From contig NYUB01000088.1 in the NCBI GenBank assembly GCA_002683785.1, positions 5,160-61,339 on the forward strand: a stretch of DNA of 56,180 nt. Reading direction: 5' to 3'. Origin of the DNA: Deltaproteobacteria bacterium (GTDB lineage: Bacteria; SAR324; NAC60-12). Under the pieces are notes generated by a model. That model saw nothing but the letters and a program-made list of their open reading frames with translations. It had not been told where the DNA came from and did no database searches. Positions 1 to 10,264 of the stretch are shown here, one piece after another (position 1 is the first letter of the stretch; every line of letters begins with the position of its first letter). Position numbers and translations under genes: made by a program.

Positions 1-2
1 CC

Positions 3-107
3 ACCATCTGCTATGCGTTCATGCAGGCGGTGGGCATGGTCAACGATCACACCACGGACTGCTTCCGATATGCTCAGTTAAAGGATGGAAGAACAACAGA
101 TTCTTGA
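3..107 (+). CDS. tag: DNA-3-methyladenine glycosylase I, C-terminal end only (gene starts before the window)
   Basis: Frame from position 3 reads TICYAFMQAVGMVNDHTTDCFRY...*, the conserved Tag C-terminal motif; not in the ORF track. Confidence 0.9.
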   Translation, partial: TICYAFMQAVGMVNDHTTDCFRYAQLKDGRTTDS

Positions 108-347
108 AATCCTTCAAAGAGGAGGAAGAATTTCATGATGCAGATTGACCGGAAGAGGAATACTCTTTTCCTGTTTCTTTAACAGTTTCGAGTTTGAATC
201 AAAAAACGGCATTAAACTGTGAAACCAAGTTCTATAGAGATGGAAACGACGGTGGATGAGTTCTGCTTTGATTCTGCTCCCTGAAACATATCGTCCATAT
301 CACCTTAACCGACTGATTTTTTGTGGTTGTCATAACTTCCTCTTTGA

Positions 348-1535
348 ATGACTCAGGAACCTTACCTTTATGAAGACTTTGCCCTGCGCCGGGCATTGAG
401 TTCCAACCTGGTCGGATTCTGCAGGCATCTCCGGAATCAAGGATTGGTCTCCGGGATTGGAGAACAGATGGACGCCCTCCGTGCTTTGGAAAGCATTCCG
501 CTCAGAGAGCAGGAACCTTTCCGCATGGCTCTTCGAACCAGTCTGGCCAAGAGCACCCAGGAGCAGGAAATCTTCGATGAGCATTTCCGTAAATTCTGGT
601 ACGTCTGGGAAAGTTCAGGAGAATTTTATCGCCAACCTCCTGGAGAAGAGGAGGAACGCTCCAAAATCCATGTCATCGATGAACGTCCCAAACCGACGTT
701 TCTCTCGATTCATGACTGGATGAATCAGGATTCGGAATCGGAGGAGGTTCAGGATTCTGCGGGTTATAGCCCCTTTGAAGTCGACACCGAACGAGATTTC
801 AGCCAATTCGGTTCAGAGGAACTGAACGAGGTGATTGCTCTGATCAATGAAATCGGGAAAAGGCTTGCGACACGCTTCAGTCGCAGGATGCGTCATTCCA
901 AAAGACATGGGCCGATGGACCTGCGACGGACGATGCGGCTAAGCCTGAGAAGGGGTGGGGAACTGATCGACCTGATGCACCATCGACGGCGCCGTCAACG
1001 GTTGAAGCTGGTGTTGCTTTGTGACGTCAGTAAATCGATGGATCTCTACAGCCGTTTCCTGATCCAGTTCATCTATGCCTTTCAGACCGTCTACCGACGC
1101 ATTGAAACCTTCGTCTTCAGTACCTCCTTGCACCGGATTACCGATCAACTGAAACAACAGTCGATGGACGAGGCGGTCGCACGGATTTCTGAAAGTGTTC
1201 CAGACTGGTCGGGAGGAACCAAGATCGGGGCTTCTCTGAAACAGTTTGTTGAGGAATATTCATTGATAGTTGTGGATCCTGCAACCGTGGTGCTGGTGAT
1301 CAGCGATGGATGGGACACGGGAGAAGTGGAAATGTTATCCGAAAGCATGTCTCATCTGAAACGCAGTGCACGATCATTGATCTGGCTGAATCCTCTCAAG
1401 GGGAGTCCGGATTATGAGCCGACCACCCGAGGGATGCAGGCGGCTCTTCCGCATCTCGACCTTTTTGCCTCGGCTCATAACCTGAATAGCCTCAGAGACT
1501 TGATGGGTGAATTGATGTTGCTTCAGAGAGGTTGA
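348..1535 (+). CDS. CoxE-like VWA domain protein
   Basis: DLRRTMR, LCDVSKSM (MIDAS), WSGGTKIG, ISDGWD and WLNPL motifs. Confidence 0.9.
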   Translation: MTQEPYLYEDFALRRALSSNLVGFCRHLRNQGLVSGIGEQMDALRALESIPLREQEPFRMALRTSLAKSTQEQEIFDEHFRKFWYVWESSGEFYRQPPGEEEERSKIHVIDERPKPTFLSIHDWMNQDSESEEVQDSAGYSPFEVDTERDFSQFGSEELNEVIALINEIGKRLATRFSRRMRHSKRHGPMDLRRTMRLSLRRGGELIDLMHHRRRRQRLKLVLLCDVSKSMDLYSRFLIQFIYAFQTVYRRIETFVFSTSLHRITDQLKQQSMDEAVARISESVPDWSGGTKIGASLKQFVEEYSLIVVDPATVVLVISDGWDTGEVEMLSESMSHLKRSARSLIWLNPLKGSPDYEPTTRGMQAALPHLDLFASAHNLNSLRDLMGELMLLQRG

Positions 1536-1548
1536 TTCAGCTTCATTA

Positions 1549-1815
1549 TTGGAACAAATGAAATTCAATATCCGCCGTGAAGTCTGGAGGATTCAACCTC
1601 ATAAGTTTTTGCAGGCATTCTCCCAACCTGGTAACAGGGAACACCAACTCTGGTCGTTCCTCTGCAGGCTCTCACTGGAACGACAACAGGATCCCCTTCT
1701 CATTTCATCAGAAGAATTAGCCACTTCGTCTGGGCTCGATGAAGCAAACATCCGGCAGATGCTGGAAATCGCTACAAACAACGGAAGTGCAAAATTGGAG
1801 AATCCGGAAGATTGA
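1549..1815 (+). CDS. Hypothetical protein, possible C-terminal HTH-like segment (start may be ATG 1558)
   Basis: ORF directly downstream of the coxE-like gene; no family recognised. Confidence 0.55.
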   Translation: MEQMKFNIRREVWRIQPHKFLQAFSQPGNREHQLWSFLCRLSLERQQDPLLISSEELATSSGLDEANIRQMLEIATNNGSAKLENPED

Positions 1816-1907
1816 AAAACTTCCTGGATGACAGAAGATGAAAAAGTTGGAAATGGAGGTTCTGAAACCGAATCGACTTTTTTTACGGGACTGGAAAAAG
1901 AGGAGAA

Positions 1908-2471
1908 TCAGGCACTCCGGGAGATGACCGGAGATTCTGGATTTTCACGGAGTTCGATAATGCGGTTCAACAACCCACGCAATTCTGCAGGGTTGAGGGA
2001 TGAAATCGATTCCTTGGGTTCTGTAAGGACGTTTTTTACAAAATCCAACTGTTGTTCTTCACTGGTATATCCCAGTTGGTTCAACTGCTGCTGAAGCACA
2101 GACTCGATTCGTTGACGTAGGAAATCGGGTTTAGGTTCTTCCGCTTTGATTTCTTCATAAAAAGGTTTTTCCTCTTCATCCTTTTTTTCAAAATCAATTT
2201 CCGGAGCGGTTTCTGAGAGTTCAGAAAGATGATGTACAGAATTTTCTGGTACGACATTTTTACTTTCGTTGATTTCAGAATGCTCCTGTTCGAAAAAATC
2301 CAAAGATTTTTCGCCCCTTTCTTCCTTGATGATTAAGTTGTCCTCAAATTCGGGAAGATCCGTTTCCGGAATTTCGAGCTTCTTTTCTCCCCTTCGGCTT
2401 AGATCCAAAAAGACGATGAGACTAGTGATCACTAAACTGAAGAGACAGAAACCTAAAAGTACATAATCCAT
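1908..2471 (-). CDS. Hypothetical membrane-anchored acidic protein
   Basis: N-terminal hydrophobic helix followed by a Glu/Lys-rich region; 187-aa ORF. Confidence 0.65.
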   Translation of the reverse strand: MDYVLLGFCLFSLVITSLIVFLDLSRRGEKKLEIPETDLPEFEDNLIIKEERGEKSLDFFEQEHSEINESKNVVPENSVHHLSELSETAPEIDFEKKDEEEKPFYEEIKAEEPKPDFLRQRIESVLQQQLNQLGYTSEEQQLDFVKNVLTEPKESISSLNPAELRGLLNRIIELRENPESPVISRSA

Positions 2472-2649
2472 TTTCAGATATCATTAAGTGTTTTGTTTAA
2501 TGTTTTGCACGAAGCAGACCATAAACAAAGTTTTTTTAATGGTAGATCCATCGAGAAAGCACCATTTGGACAAGCATAGGTCCACCCTTTTGAACAGAAT
2601 GGGGTTTTTAATAAATCCCTTTTCACGTCATGGGTTTAAGCCTGTTTTC

Positions 2650-2665
2650 TGGCATTGAAATTGTA
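2650..2665 (+). promoter_or_regulatory. Possible sigma54 (-24/-12) promoter of the flgI operon
   Basis: TGGCAT-TGAAA-TTGTA versus consensus TGGCAC-N5-TTGCA; the -12 element is imperfect. Confidence 0.4.
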
Positions 2666-2744
2666 TTAACTAAACGGCGTTATGTTAGAACTGTATAAAT
2701 TGTTTAGACGAATGCACATAAAACTGCGTCATCCTAAGACTTTA

Positions 2745-3848
2745 ATGAAGATGATTTTCAGGCTACAGGTCCTGTTCCTCCTCTGCCTGCTTCCTGCGAC
2801 CCTGTGGGCGGTGAGGGTCAAAGACATTGCATCACTCCGGGGTGCACGTGACAACCAGTTGATCGGCTTCGGCATCGTCGTTGGTCTCGATGGCACCGGA
2901 GATTCTGCAGAAAGCCTGCTTTCAAGAAAACCGGTCATCAATGCCCTCGAGCGGATCGGCATCAGCCTCGAGAGCACGGACATTGCCGGGCGAAGTCTGG
3001 CGGCAGTCTGGCTGACGGCCACTCTTCCACCTTTTGCAAAATCCGGACAACGTCTGGATGTGACGGCAGCCACGATTGGAGATTCGATCTCCCTCAGAGG
3101 CGGTGTTTTGATCATGACCCCGATGCGGGGACCAAACCGGCTTGTCTATGCAGTGGCTCAGGGGCCAATCGCAGGAATTCCAAGAGGCGTCAGTCGGGCA
3201 GATGCTCTGCCTGCAGAAGAATTGGTGAACCTTCCCATTGGTCAGAGAATGGTTGCGTCCGTTGGAACGATTCCTGGAGGAGCCATCGTGGAACGTGAAA
3301 TCAACCTGAATCTGAACAGCCGCGCCAGGATCTACATGAACCTGCGATCACCGGATTTCACGACCGCCTTCCGTTTGGCCAAACTGATCAATCAGACCCT
3401 CGGAATCCGCAGTGCACGTGCCAAGGATGCTGGAACCGTGGAAATATCTGTTCCTGACAGTTATCTCGGTAATACCGTTGAACTTGTTTCCTATATTGAA
3501 AATCTTGAAATCTCTCCTGACAAAACAGCACAGGTGGTGCTCGATGAACGTTCCGGAACCGTGGTCATGGGAGGCAGTGTTCGTATTTCACCAATTGCGA
3601 TTTCCCAAAATGGACTGAGCATGCAAGTCAAACTGCCAACTCCTGAAGCTCAGGAAGGGGTCGAAAACCAGGCTGCTGCAGATGCAAACACCTTACGTTC
3701 CGATGTGTTCCTCCTCAAAGGAGGTGCCGATCTGAAGGAAATAGTGGATGGTTTCAATAAAATAGGGGCTTCAAGCCGAGATTTGATCGAAGTCCTCAAA
3801 GCAGTCAAGGCTGCAGGCGCACTCCATGCCAACCTCGTCATTCGCTAA
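2745..3848 (+). CDS. flgI: Flagellar P-ring protein (ORF open from 2682; ATG 2745 fits the signal peptide)
   Basis: RVKDIA, RDNQLIGFGIVVGLDGTGD, TATLPPFAKSGQRLDVT, DERSGTVV and AAGALHA motifs. Confidence 0.95.
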   Translation: MKMIFRLQVLFLLCLLPATLWAVRVKDIASLRGARDNQLIGFGIVVGLDGTGDSAESLLSRKPVINALERIGISLESTDIAGRSLAAVWLTATLPPFAKSGQRLDVTAATIGDSISLRGGVLIMTPMRGPNRLVYAVAQGPIAGIPRGVSRADALPAEELVNLPIGQRMVASVGTIPGGAIVEREINLNLNSRARIYMNLRSPDFTTAFRLAKLINQTLGIRSARAKDAGTVEISVPDSYLGNTVELVSYIENLEISPDKTAQVVLDERSGTVVMGGSVRISPIAISQNGLSMQVKLPTPEAQEGVENQAAADANTLRSDVFLLKGGADLKEIVDGFNKIGASSRDLIEVLKAVKAAGALHANLVIR

Positions 3849-3852
3849 ATCA

Positions 3853-4182
3853 ATGAATCCCATTTCTCCCAATTCTCTCAATCTGAGTGATCTGCTCTCC
3901 AAACAACGTCTGGAACGTCTTGAACAGAGAACTCCTGCTAAGAACACGGAGGATGCGAAGCTGCTTGAGGCTGCGAATGAATTCGAAGTGCTCCTGGTGC
4001 AGCAGATGATGAAATCCATGCGTTCTACCAGTTTTGAATCCGGACTTGTGAATAAGTCAGAAGGCGAGAAAGTTTTTCAAAGCATGCTGGATGAACAGTA
4101 TGCACGTCTGAGCACTCAATCCAGTGGAATGGGACTGGGTGAGATGATCTATCAGGAATACCGTTCCCATTTGAAAAAATGA
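3853..4182 (+). CDS. flgJ: Short FlgJ, rod-binding domain only (no muramidase domain)
   Basis: LLEAANEFEVLLVQQMMKSMR...MLDEQYA...GLGEMIYQ; follows flgI. Confidence 0.85.
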   Translation: MNPISPNSLNLSDLLSKQRLERLEQRTPAKNTEDAKLLEAANEFEVLLVQQMMKSMRSTSFESGLVNKSEGEKVFQSMLDEQYARLSTQSSGMGLGEMIYQEYRSHLKK

Positions 4183-4195
4183 TCGAAAAAAACCT

Positions 4196-4222
4196 TCAAG
4201 TTTTCCCCTGCAATGCCGATAT
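4196..4222 (+). promoter_or_regulatory. Sigma28 (FliA) promoter upstream of flgM
   Basis: TCAAG-N14-GCCGATAT matches the FliA consensus (TAAA/TCAAG...GCCGATAA); expected location upstream of flgM. Confidence 0.8.
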
Positions 4223-4509
4223 ATATGTCAGGAACGCTGAATCCCTGAATCCATCAGGACTTTCCAGTCCCGGTGAATCAAGGCCAGCGAACCTCGGATG
4301 GACATGGAAGATCCGTCTGTCGAAGACATTCGCTGCAGTCTCTTGCCTTGGCAAAAGACCAGACGCTGAACTGTTTTCGAAGTCATATAAACCAGGCTTC
4401 CCTGAAGGAGGGTGCTTGCGTAAGGCACGGAGCAGGAGTATGCTGAACCGGATGCCGGAATGCAGACACTGATTCCGGAAACGAAGCCAATCAGCCTAAA
4501 GAGGTGGTT

Positions 4510-4800
4510 ATGAAGGTCACAGGCCAACAACCCGCAGTGCTCCAGGACATTAAAGGAGGACAGCGGAAAGAAGCTGATCAGGCCCATCTCAAAGATGGAC
4601 CACCATCAGCAGATGATTCGGTGAAGACTACGTCTTTCGCCATGGATAAGTTGAAACTCCGCATTTCCGCGGAACCTGAAGTACGCTCTGAGAAGGTCGC
4701 CGAGCTCAAGGCCCAGATCAAGAGTGGTGAATACCAGGTAGATCCCCAGAAGCTGGCAGGCAACATGTTGCTTGACTCTCTTCGGGAGGACACCGTTTGA
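4510..4800 (+). CDS. flgM: Anti-sigma28 factor FlgM
   Basis: EVRSEKVAELKAQIKSGEYQVDPQKLAGNML motif; GAGG RBS. Confidence 0.92.
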   Translation: MKVTGQQPAVLQDIKGGQRKEADQAHLKDGPPSADDSVKTTSFAMDKLKLRISAEPEVRSEKVAELKAQIKSGEYQVDPQKLAGNMLLDSLREDTV

Positions 4801-4890
4801 CAACGGACCTTCTCCGGAATCCTCTTCGGTTTCTCCTGTTTCCGGAGGGATGGAGGATTTCCGGGGGATCTCCCCTCATCAAGAAAGGCC

Positions 4891-5385
4891 ATGAACGCCC
4901 AGCTTGAAGAACTGCTTTCCATCCTGCAGCAGGAAGTGGAGCATCATGAGAAGCTCCTGCAACTGCTTCAGGAGGAAGCGGAGGGATTTGGAATCCTCAG
5001 TGCGTCCGAAATGCTTCGGCTACAAAGCCGCAAGCTGCAGCAGACGCGTCTGATCGCCAAGTTGGAAACCCGGCGGATTGCTGTGGTTGAGGAAATGTCC
5101 GGAGACTTCGAAGAAGCATCCGAGTCCCTTAGCCTAAGCAGTATCATTCGTCAGGTGTCGCAGGAATGGGCCACCCCTCTCCAAGCGTGCTTCAACCGTT
5201 TAAAAGAATTGATTGCTGAAATCCGGGACGCTGCCGAAATCAACGGGGAGCAGTCTGCTTCACGTTTGAAATCGATACAAACGTCTCTGCATTTTTTTTC
5301 AAAACTGCAGGGAAGCCAGCAGCTTTATTCCGGTAACGGCCAGCTTCATTCGGCCGACAGCAAAATTACCCGTGCCTCGGTCTAG
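4891..5385 (+). CDS. flgN: Flagellar export chaperone FlgN
   Basis: Helical 164-aa protein between flgM and flgK with a C-terminal YSGNG motif. Confidence 0.8.
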   Translation: MNAQLEELLSILQQEVEHHEKLLQLLQEEAEGFGILSASEMLRLQSRKLQQTRLIAKLETRRIAVVEEMSGDFEEASESLSLSSIIRQVSQEWATPLQACFNRLKELIAEIRDAAEINGEQSASRLKSIQTSLHFFSKLQGSQQLYSGNGQLHSADSKITRASV

Positions 5386-5427
5386 GTTCGGAAAAACGGT
5401 TGTTGAAATTAAAAACACGCTGTTGAC

Positions 5428-7119
5428 ATGCCGTCACTGAACAGCTCCCTCAATATGGGTCAGCGCGCCCTGTCGATGAACCAGCGCGCGATGCATACGT
5501 CGGGGCATAATATTGCCAATCAGCAGACCGAAGGCTTTTCACGCCAACAGGTCACCACTCAGTCTGCTCCTGCCGATCCTCTGGGGTTGGGACGTGGAGC
5601 GGAAGCCCAGCCTACCACTCGGGTTTTTGATCATTTCGTCCAGAAAAAAATCCTTCAGGAAAATCCACGTACCGGAGTGTTTCACACCCGTGAGGATTAT
5701 CTGAACAAAATTGAAATGCTGCTCAACGAACTAGAAGGCAATGGGTTGAACCAGGCCATGAACGATTATTGGAATGCATGGAGCCAGTTGTCCAGTCAGC
5801 CTGAATCGGACGCCGCAAGAGCCCAGTTGCGTGAAGTAGGAGATGTCCTGGCACGAAGGTTTCGGGAGCTTCATGGGCGTTTTGAAGGACTGCGTCATGA
5901 AATCAATGGACGCCTGCAACAGTCCATCAAGCAGATCAATGAACTGGGACTCAAGATCACTGAATTCAACCGTCAGATCCTGACCTACGAATCTGGACAG
6001 CGTAATGCCAACGATCTGAGGGACGCCAGGGATCACGCGATTGAAGAGCTTTCACGGCTGGTGGATGTCAATTCCTATGAAGACCGTAACGGAAACGTCA
6101 CCGTGATCATCGGTAGGGATTGGACTTTGGCTCAGAGCAGGAATTTTTTCCCTCTTGAAGCAACTATGAAGGGAGGGGAAACGGGGATGCTGAGTATCGA
6201 CGGAGTCTCTTCCCACGACAGCCGGAGGGATCTGACACAGATCTTCCGTGAAGGAGAAATGACAGAGCTGATTCGTCTTCGTGATGAAACCCTCGTGGAC
6301 TACATGCACCAGATTGATGAACTCGCCTTCTCGATTACTGGAGAAGTGAATCGGCTGCATTCCACCGGAACCGGGTTGAATTCTGCAGTGGATATGATGA
6401 AAAGTACTTTTGGTTTGAGGAATCAGGCCATGAATGAACCTCTGCCTTTCATCCGCGACGGAATATTCCAAGTGCATCTGGTGGACCGCGAGAATGAGAT
6501 CCTCGAAACCTATGAGGTGGAAATCCAGGCAGGTGTCGATACCCTTCCCGACATTGTGAGCAGGATCAACCTCACCGTTAATGATCCGGAATTGCTCAAG
6601 GCTTCACTCGAGGAAGACGGATCGATGATCCTTCAGTCAGGAAACAACCGGCGTTTTATTTTTGGTGAAGACCAGACGGGTGTGACCCAGGTTTTAGGTT
6701 TCAACGGTTTTTTTGAAACCCTTAAGGGAGCTGAAGACATCCGGCTTAATGACAAAATCCAGAAACACCCGAATCACATTTCCAGCGGGCGTGACCTGAT
6801 CCCCGGAGACAACCGTGTTGCCTTGGAAATTGCAAAACTTCCTACAATGCCCATCATGCGTGACGGAACGATGACTTTTGGGGAATACTTCAGTTCGATC
6901 ATTACCGACCTTGGTCTCAAGGTACGACGCAACCAGTCGGAAATGAAACAACAGGACAACATGATCCAGCAGTTCAAGGAAATTCGAAGTTCGATCAGTT
7001 CGGTCAACATGGATGAAGAATTGACGAACATGGTTCAGTACCAGAAAGCCTATGAAGCATCAGCACGCTTTCTCGGTACTGTTGATGAGATGATGGAAAC
7101 CGTGATCAACATGAAGTAA
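5428..7119 (+). CDS. flgK: Flagellar hook-associated protein 1
   Basis: SGHNIANQQTEGFSRQ N-terminus; SSVNMDEELTNMVQYQKAYEASAR C-terminus. Confidence 0.95.
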   Translation: MPSLNSSLNMGQRALSMNQRAMHTSGHNIANQQTEGFSRQQVTTQSAPADPLGLGRGAEAQPTTRVFDHFVQKKILQENPRTGVFHTREDYLNKIEMLLNELEGNGLNQAMNDYWNAWSQLSSQPESDAARAQLREVGDVLARRFRELHGRFEGLRHEINGRLQQSIKQINELGLKITEFNRQILTYESGQRNANDLRDARDHAIEELSRLVDVNSYEDRNGNVTVIIGRDWTLAQSRNFFPLEATMKGGETGMLSIDGVSSHDSRRDLTQIFREGEMTELIRLRDETLVDYMHQIDELAFSITGEVNRLHSTGTGLNSAVDMMKSTFGLRNQAMNEPLPFIRDGIFQVHLVDRENEILETYEVEIQAGVDTLPDIVSRINLTVNDPELLKASLEEDGSMILQSGNNRRFIFGEDQTGVTQVLGFNGFFETLKGAEDIRLNDKIQKHPNHISSGRDLIPGDNRVALEIAKLPTMPIMRDGTMTFGEYFSSIITDLGLKVRRNQSEMKQQDNMIQQFKEIRSSISSVNMDEELTNMVQYQKAYEASARFLGTVDEMMETVINMK

Positions 7120-7122
7120 TCG

Positions 7123-8424
7123 ATGCGAGTCACTGAAGTCAGCAAACGTGAACAGGTCCTGGACAATATCCAGAAAACCTCCTCACGTCTGCAGGATGCA
7201 CAGATGCAAATGGCCACCGGGCAGAGGATCAATAAACCCTCTGACGATCCCGTTGGCACCGCAAAGATGCAGGACATCGTTTCAACCATGTCCGGTCAGG
7301 AGCAGACCGTCCGCAATATTTCCGACAACATCACTGGGTTGCAGTATGCCGAGAAGGAAATCACTCATATGGCAGAGTTGCTTGGACGTGCAAAAACCCT
7401 GGCCATTTCCCAGTCTGGTTCGGATGCCAATGAAGAATCGCGGTTGATGGTTGCCCGTGAATTTGGCGCTCTCCGGGAATCACTCTTTGATGCAGGAAAT
7501 TCCAGAAGTGGGAAGCTCTACCTCTTTTCTGGTCTTAAATCGCTTTCTCCGGCCTTGAAAAAGAATTCGATACTTCAGCCTTCGAAGGTTGAAACCCGGG
7601 GGATCATTCAGAAAGACATCCGAGATCTGATCGACATCGACCAGTACCGTGCCGTTTTTGAAGGTCATTCAAACAACGAATACCGACTGAAAATCACCAA
7701 AGGCGGTCCCTGGGGGCAGGCACGTTGTCAGATTTCGGATGATGGTGGCCGAACCTGGGCCAAAGAACAGGTACTTCGGCCAGTAACCGCTATGTACAAC
7801 CCCGAGGGTAAACCCGATGATCTGGTGAAGCTGAAATTTTCTGATGAACAGGGGCTCCTCGGCAACACCATTCCAGGATATTTTGATTTCACAAAGGAAG
7901 TTTCCGAAGACGTTGATGCTGAATCGCTCGGGCTTGTTTTTCCGGTTGGAATGGAGTTCATAGGAAGGCCGAATCCAGAAATATCCTACATTGGTGCCAA
8001 CGATAAAAAAGAAGTCCTGATCGCTGACGGAATCGCAAGCCCGGTGCAGGTGACAGCAAAGGAATTGATGCTATCGCAGGAGGAAGGAGGGGTGGATATC
8101 TTCTCCATGTTGACCTCCCTGGAGCGCGCCATGCTGGAAAACGATGGCACCGCCCTTGCACTACGTTTAAAAGAGCTGGATCAAGCGCTGGAACAGGTTC
8201 TCAAACGGCAGGCCGATATCGGCAACACCGTGAGAGAGTTTGAAACAGCCCTGGCAAAGATCGAGTCTCTAAAATTTGAACAGGAACGGAGATTGTCAGA
8301 AATCCGCGACAGTGATTTGGCCGAAACGGTCATTGAAGTCAAAACCGCGGAAGCTAATAATCGATTAGCCCTTGATACAGGGAGCAAGTTGATTCAGCCG
8401 ACTCTGAGTGATTTTCTCCGATAA
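7123..8424 (+). CDS. flgL: Flagellar hook-associated protein 3
   Basis: MRVT start, ATGQRINKPSDDP flagellin-like N-terminus, PTLSDFLR C-terminus. Confidence 0.93.
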   Translation: MRVTEVSKREQVLDNIQKTSSRLQDAQMQMATGQRINKPSDDPVGTAKMQDIVSTMSGQEQTVRNISDNITGLQYAEKEITHMAELLGRAKTLAISQSGSDANEESRLMVAREFGALRESLFDAGNSRSGKLYLFSGLKSLSPALKKNSILQPSKVETRGIIQKDIRDLIDIDQYRAVFEGHSNNEYRLKITKGGPWGQARCQISDDGGRTWAKEQVLRPVTAMYNPEGKPDDLVKLKFSDEQGLLGNTIPGYFDFTKEVSEDVDAESLGLVFPVGMEFIGRPNPEISYIGANDKKEVLIADGIASPVQVTAKELMLSQEEGGVDIFSMLTSLERAMLENDGTALALRLKELDQALEQVLKRQADIGNTVREFETALAKIESLKFEQERRLSEIRDSDLAETVIEVKTAEANNRLALDTGSKLIQPTLSDFLR

Positions 8425-8529
8425 GCTACCGGAGTTCGACTGAATCCAGCGGGCCCGGTTCAACGAATCAGGCGCCCGTTTTACATGTGTTCAAAACGGT
8501 CTGCCTGACCATTTGCATCAGGCAGAAGA

Positions 8530-8754
8530 ATGCTGATACTGACAAGGAAGTCGGGTGAGAGCATCACGATTGGAGATGATGTCAAGATCACGGTCATCGA
8601 AGTCAAGGGCAAGCAAGTCCGGATTGGAATCGATGCACCAAGAAACTACATCATTCATCGTGAGGAAGTGTACATTCGTATTCAGGAAGAAAATAAACGA
8701 GCAGCAGAAAAAACCCCAGTCTCTTTGAAGGGATTCAAAGGTCTTTTCGGCTGA
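8530..8754 (+). CDS. csrA: Carbon storage regulator CsrA
   Basis: [18 protein letters not shown]...VRIGIDAPR...HREEVY. Confidence 0.97.
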   Translation: MLILTRKSGESITIGDDVKITVIEVKGKQVRIGIDAPRNYIIHREEVYIRIQEENKRAAEKTPVSLKGFKGLFG

Positions 8755-8816
8755 AATTTCAGGAATTGAAACCTTTAAGCACTGCTTAAAATCACAACAC
8801 CTTGTCGAGTAAAACC

Positions 8817-9308
8817 ATGCTGATTCAAACCACACGTTTTGGTGAAGTAGAAATCCAGGACCAGGACATTCTGACATTCCCCTCTGGAATGCTCGGCTTT
8901 TCTGCTGAACGACATTTCGTCATGATAGAAGACGAAATGGGATCCCCCTTTCAGTGGTTGCAATCGGTGGAAAGGCAGGATCTGGCCTTCGTCACCATCA
9001 ATCCTGAAACTGCCGTTTCTGGATTCAGTCTTGATATCACTGTGGACCACATGAATAAACTGGACACGGAAGAAGTTGAAGACTTGAACGTCCGGGTGAT
9101 CGTCACCATGGCTAAAAAGCTGGAGGATGTGACCATCAATCTGCAGGGGCCGTTGCTCTTGAATTTCAATAAAAAACTGGGATTGCAATTCGTGGTGGCA
9201 GATGGACGTTACAACACACGTCATCCCCTTTTTGGAGACCGTCTGAATCTCGGTGCAGTTCAGCAGACCGAAGAAAAAGATCAGCAGGAAATCGCTCAGG
9301 CAGGCTGA
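8817..9308 (+). CDS. fliW: Flagellar assembly factor FliW (CsrA antagonist)
   Basis: IQTTRFGEVEI, FPSGMLGF, PFQWLQS and TINLQGPLL motifs; adjacent to csrA. Confidence 0.93.
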   Translation: MLIQTTRFGEVEIQDQDILTFPSGMLGFSAERHFVMIEDEMGSPFQWLQSVERQDLAFVTINPETAVSGFSLDITVDHMNKLDTEEVEDLNVRVIVTMAKKLEDVTINLQGPLLLNFNKKLGLQFVVADGRYNTRHPLFGDRLNLGAVQQTEEKDQQEIAQAG

Positions 9309-9570
9309 AGCAGTGTTTAGGGTGGGTTTCTGAACAGCCCTTTACAGTCATCATCGTGATCCCTGATAGCCCAAAGCCACTGGGCATTATTCAAAAATAT
9401 TCCTGGTTCGGGGCCTTCCCATTACCATCCAAATTCCACCCTTTAACGGTTCTTTTTGATTCTCATTCGAGAAAAACTTTCATCAGGGATTTTTCCCGTG
9501 ATATCTTGGGTTTTCTCAGCCGTGTTTTTTAAGTCATTCAACGAATTATTTTCAAATAGACAACGGTTTT

Positions 9571-10257
9571 TTGGAAACTGAAGAGCCACTCCTTAATGTT
9601 TCGGATGTCAGGGCAATTCTCGAAGCCCGAGGATTGTCTGTGGCTGAAGGATCCTGGGAAAAAATGGAAAACTGGGTGGAAATCCTGGAAGTCCTGAATC
9701 GTCGTGTCAATTTGGTTTCACGACAGGAAATTCCAAGAATCTGGAGCAGACACCTGCTTCCCTGCCTGTCTCTGTTGAAATTGCGTGATATTCCAAATGG
9801 AATCGAATTCTGTGATTTTGGAAGTGGTGGAGGTTTCCCGGGGATTCCCCTGGCCATCTGTCGGCCAGACCTGCGGATGGTTCTGCTTGATGCACGGCGA
9901 AGGAAGTGCGATGCACTTGAAGAAATGACTGAAGCTCTTGGCCTGGAGAATGTCGAGGTGGTATGGGGGCGTGGCGAGGAACTTGGAAAAACAAAAGCCT
10001 GGCGGAGACGATTTTCTGCCATCAGTGCCAGAGCGGTTGCATCCCTGGAACGGATTGAAGCATGGACTCGGGAAATACGTCAAGCTGATGCAGAAATCCA
10101 TATTTTTAAAGGAGGCGACCTGGAGGAGGAATACAAAGCACTCAAAAAAAACCGGCCAGACGCCAGGTTGAACCAGACCCTCCTGGATTTTGACGAATTT
10201 CCCTTTTTAAGAGAAAACCAAAAATACCTCATCACTTTGACTTTCCCATCCAAATAA
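9571..10257 (+). CDS. rsmG: 16S rRNA m7G527 methyltransferase
   Basis: NRRVNLVS, DFGSGGGFPGIPLAI and ARAVA motifs. Confidence 0.93.
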   Translation: METEEPLLNVSDVRAILEARGLSVAEGSWEKMENWVEILEVLNRRVNLVSRQEIPRIWSRHLLPCLSLLKLRDIPNGIEFCDFGSGGGFPGIPLAICRPDLRMVLLDARRRKCDALEEMTEALGLENVEVVWGRGEELGKTKAWRRRFSAISARAVASLERIEAWTREIRQADAEIHIFKGGDLEEEYKALKKNRPDARLNQTLLDFDEFPFLRENQKYLITLTFPSK

Positions 10258-10264
10258 AAAAATC

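Noticed and set aside
85-221. Short ORF with an internal UGA next to Cys (RIS*CRL) as a third selenoprotein
   Set aside because: No recognisable fold or redox motif and no convincing SECIS hairpin.
4179-4472. 97-aa ORF between flgJ and flgM
   Set aside because: It overlaps the sigma28 promoter and has no recognisable family; more likely a non-coding leader.
4440-4509. c-di-GMP-I riboswitch upstream of flgM (GAAA...GCC...GCCTAAA resemblance)
   Set aside because: The GCAAA-P2 and GACGCAAAG core elements could not be found.
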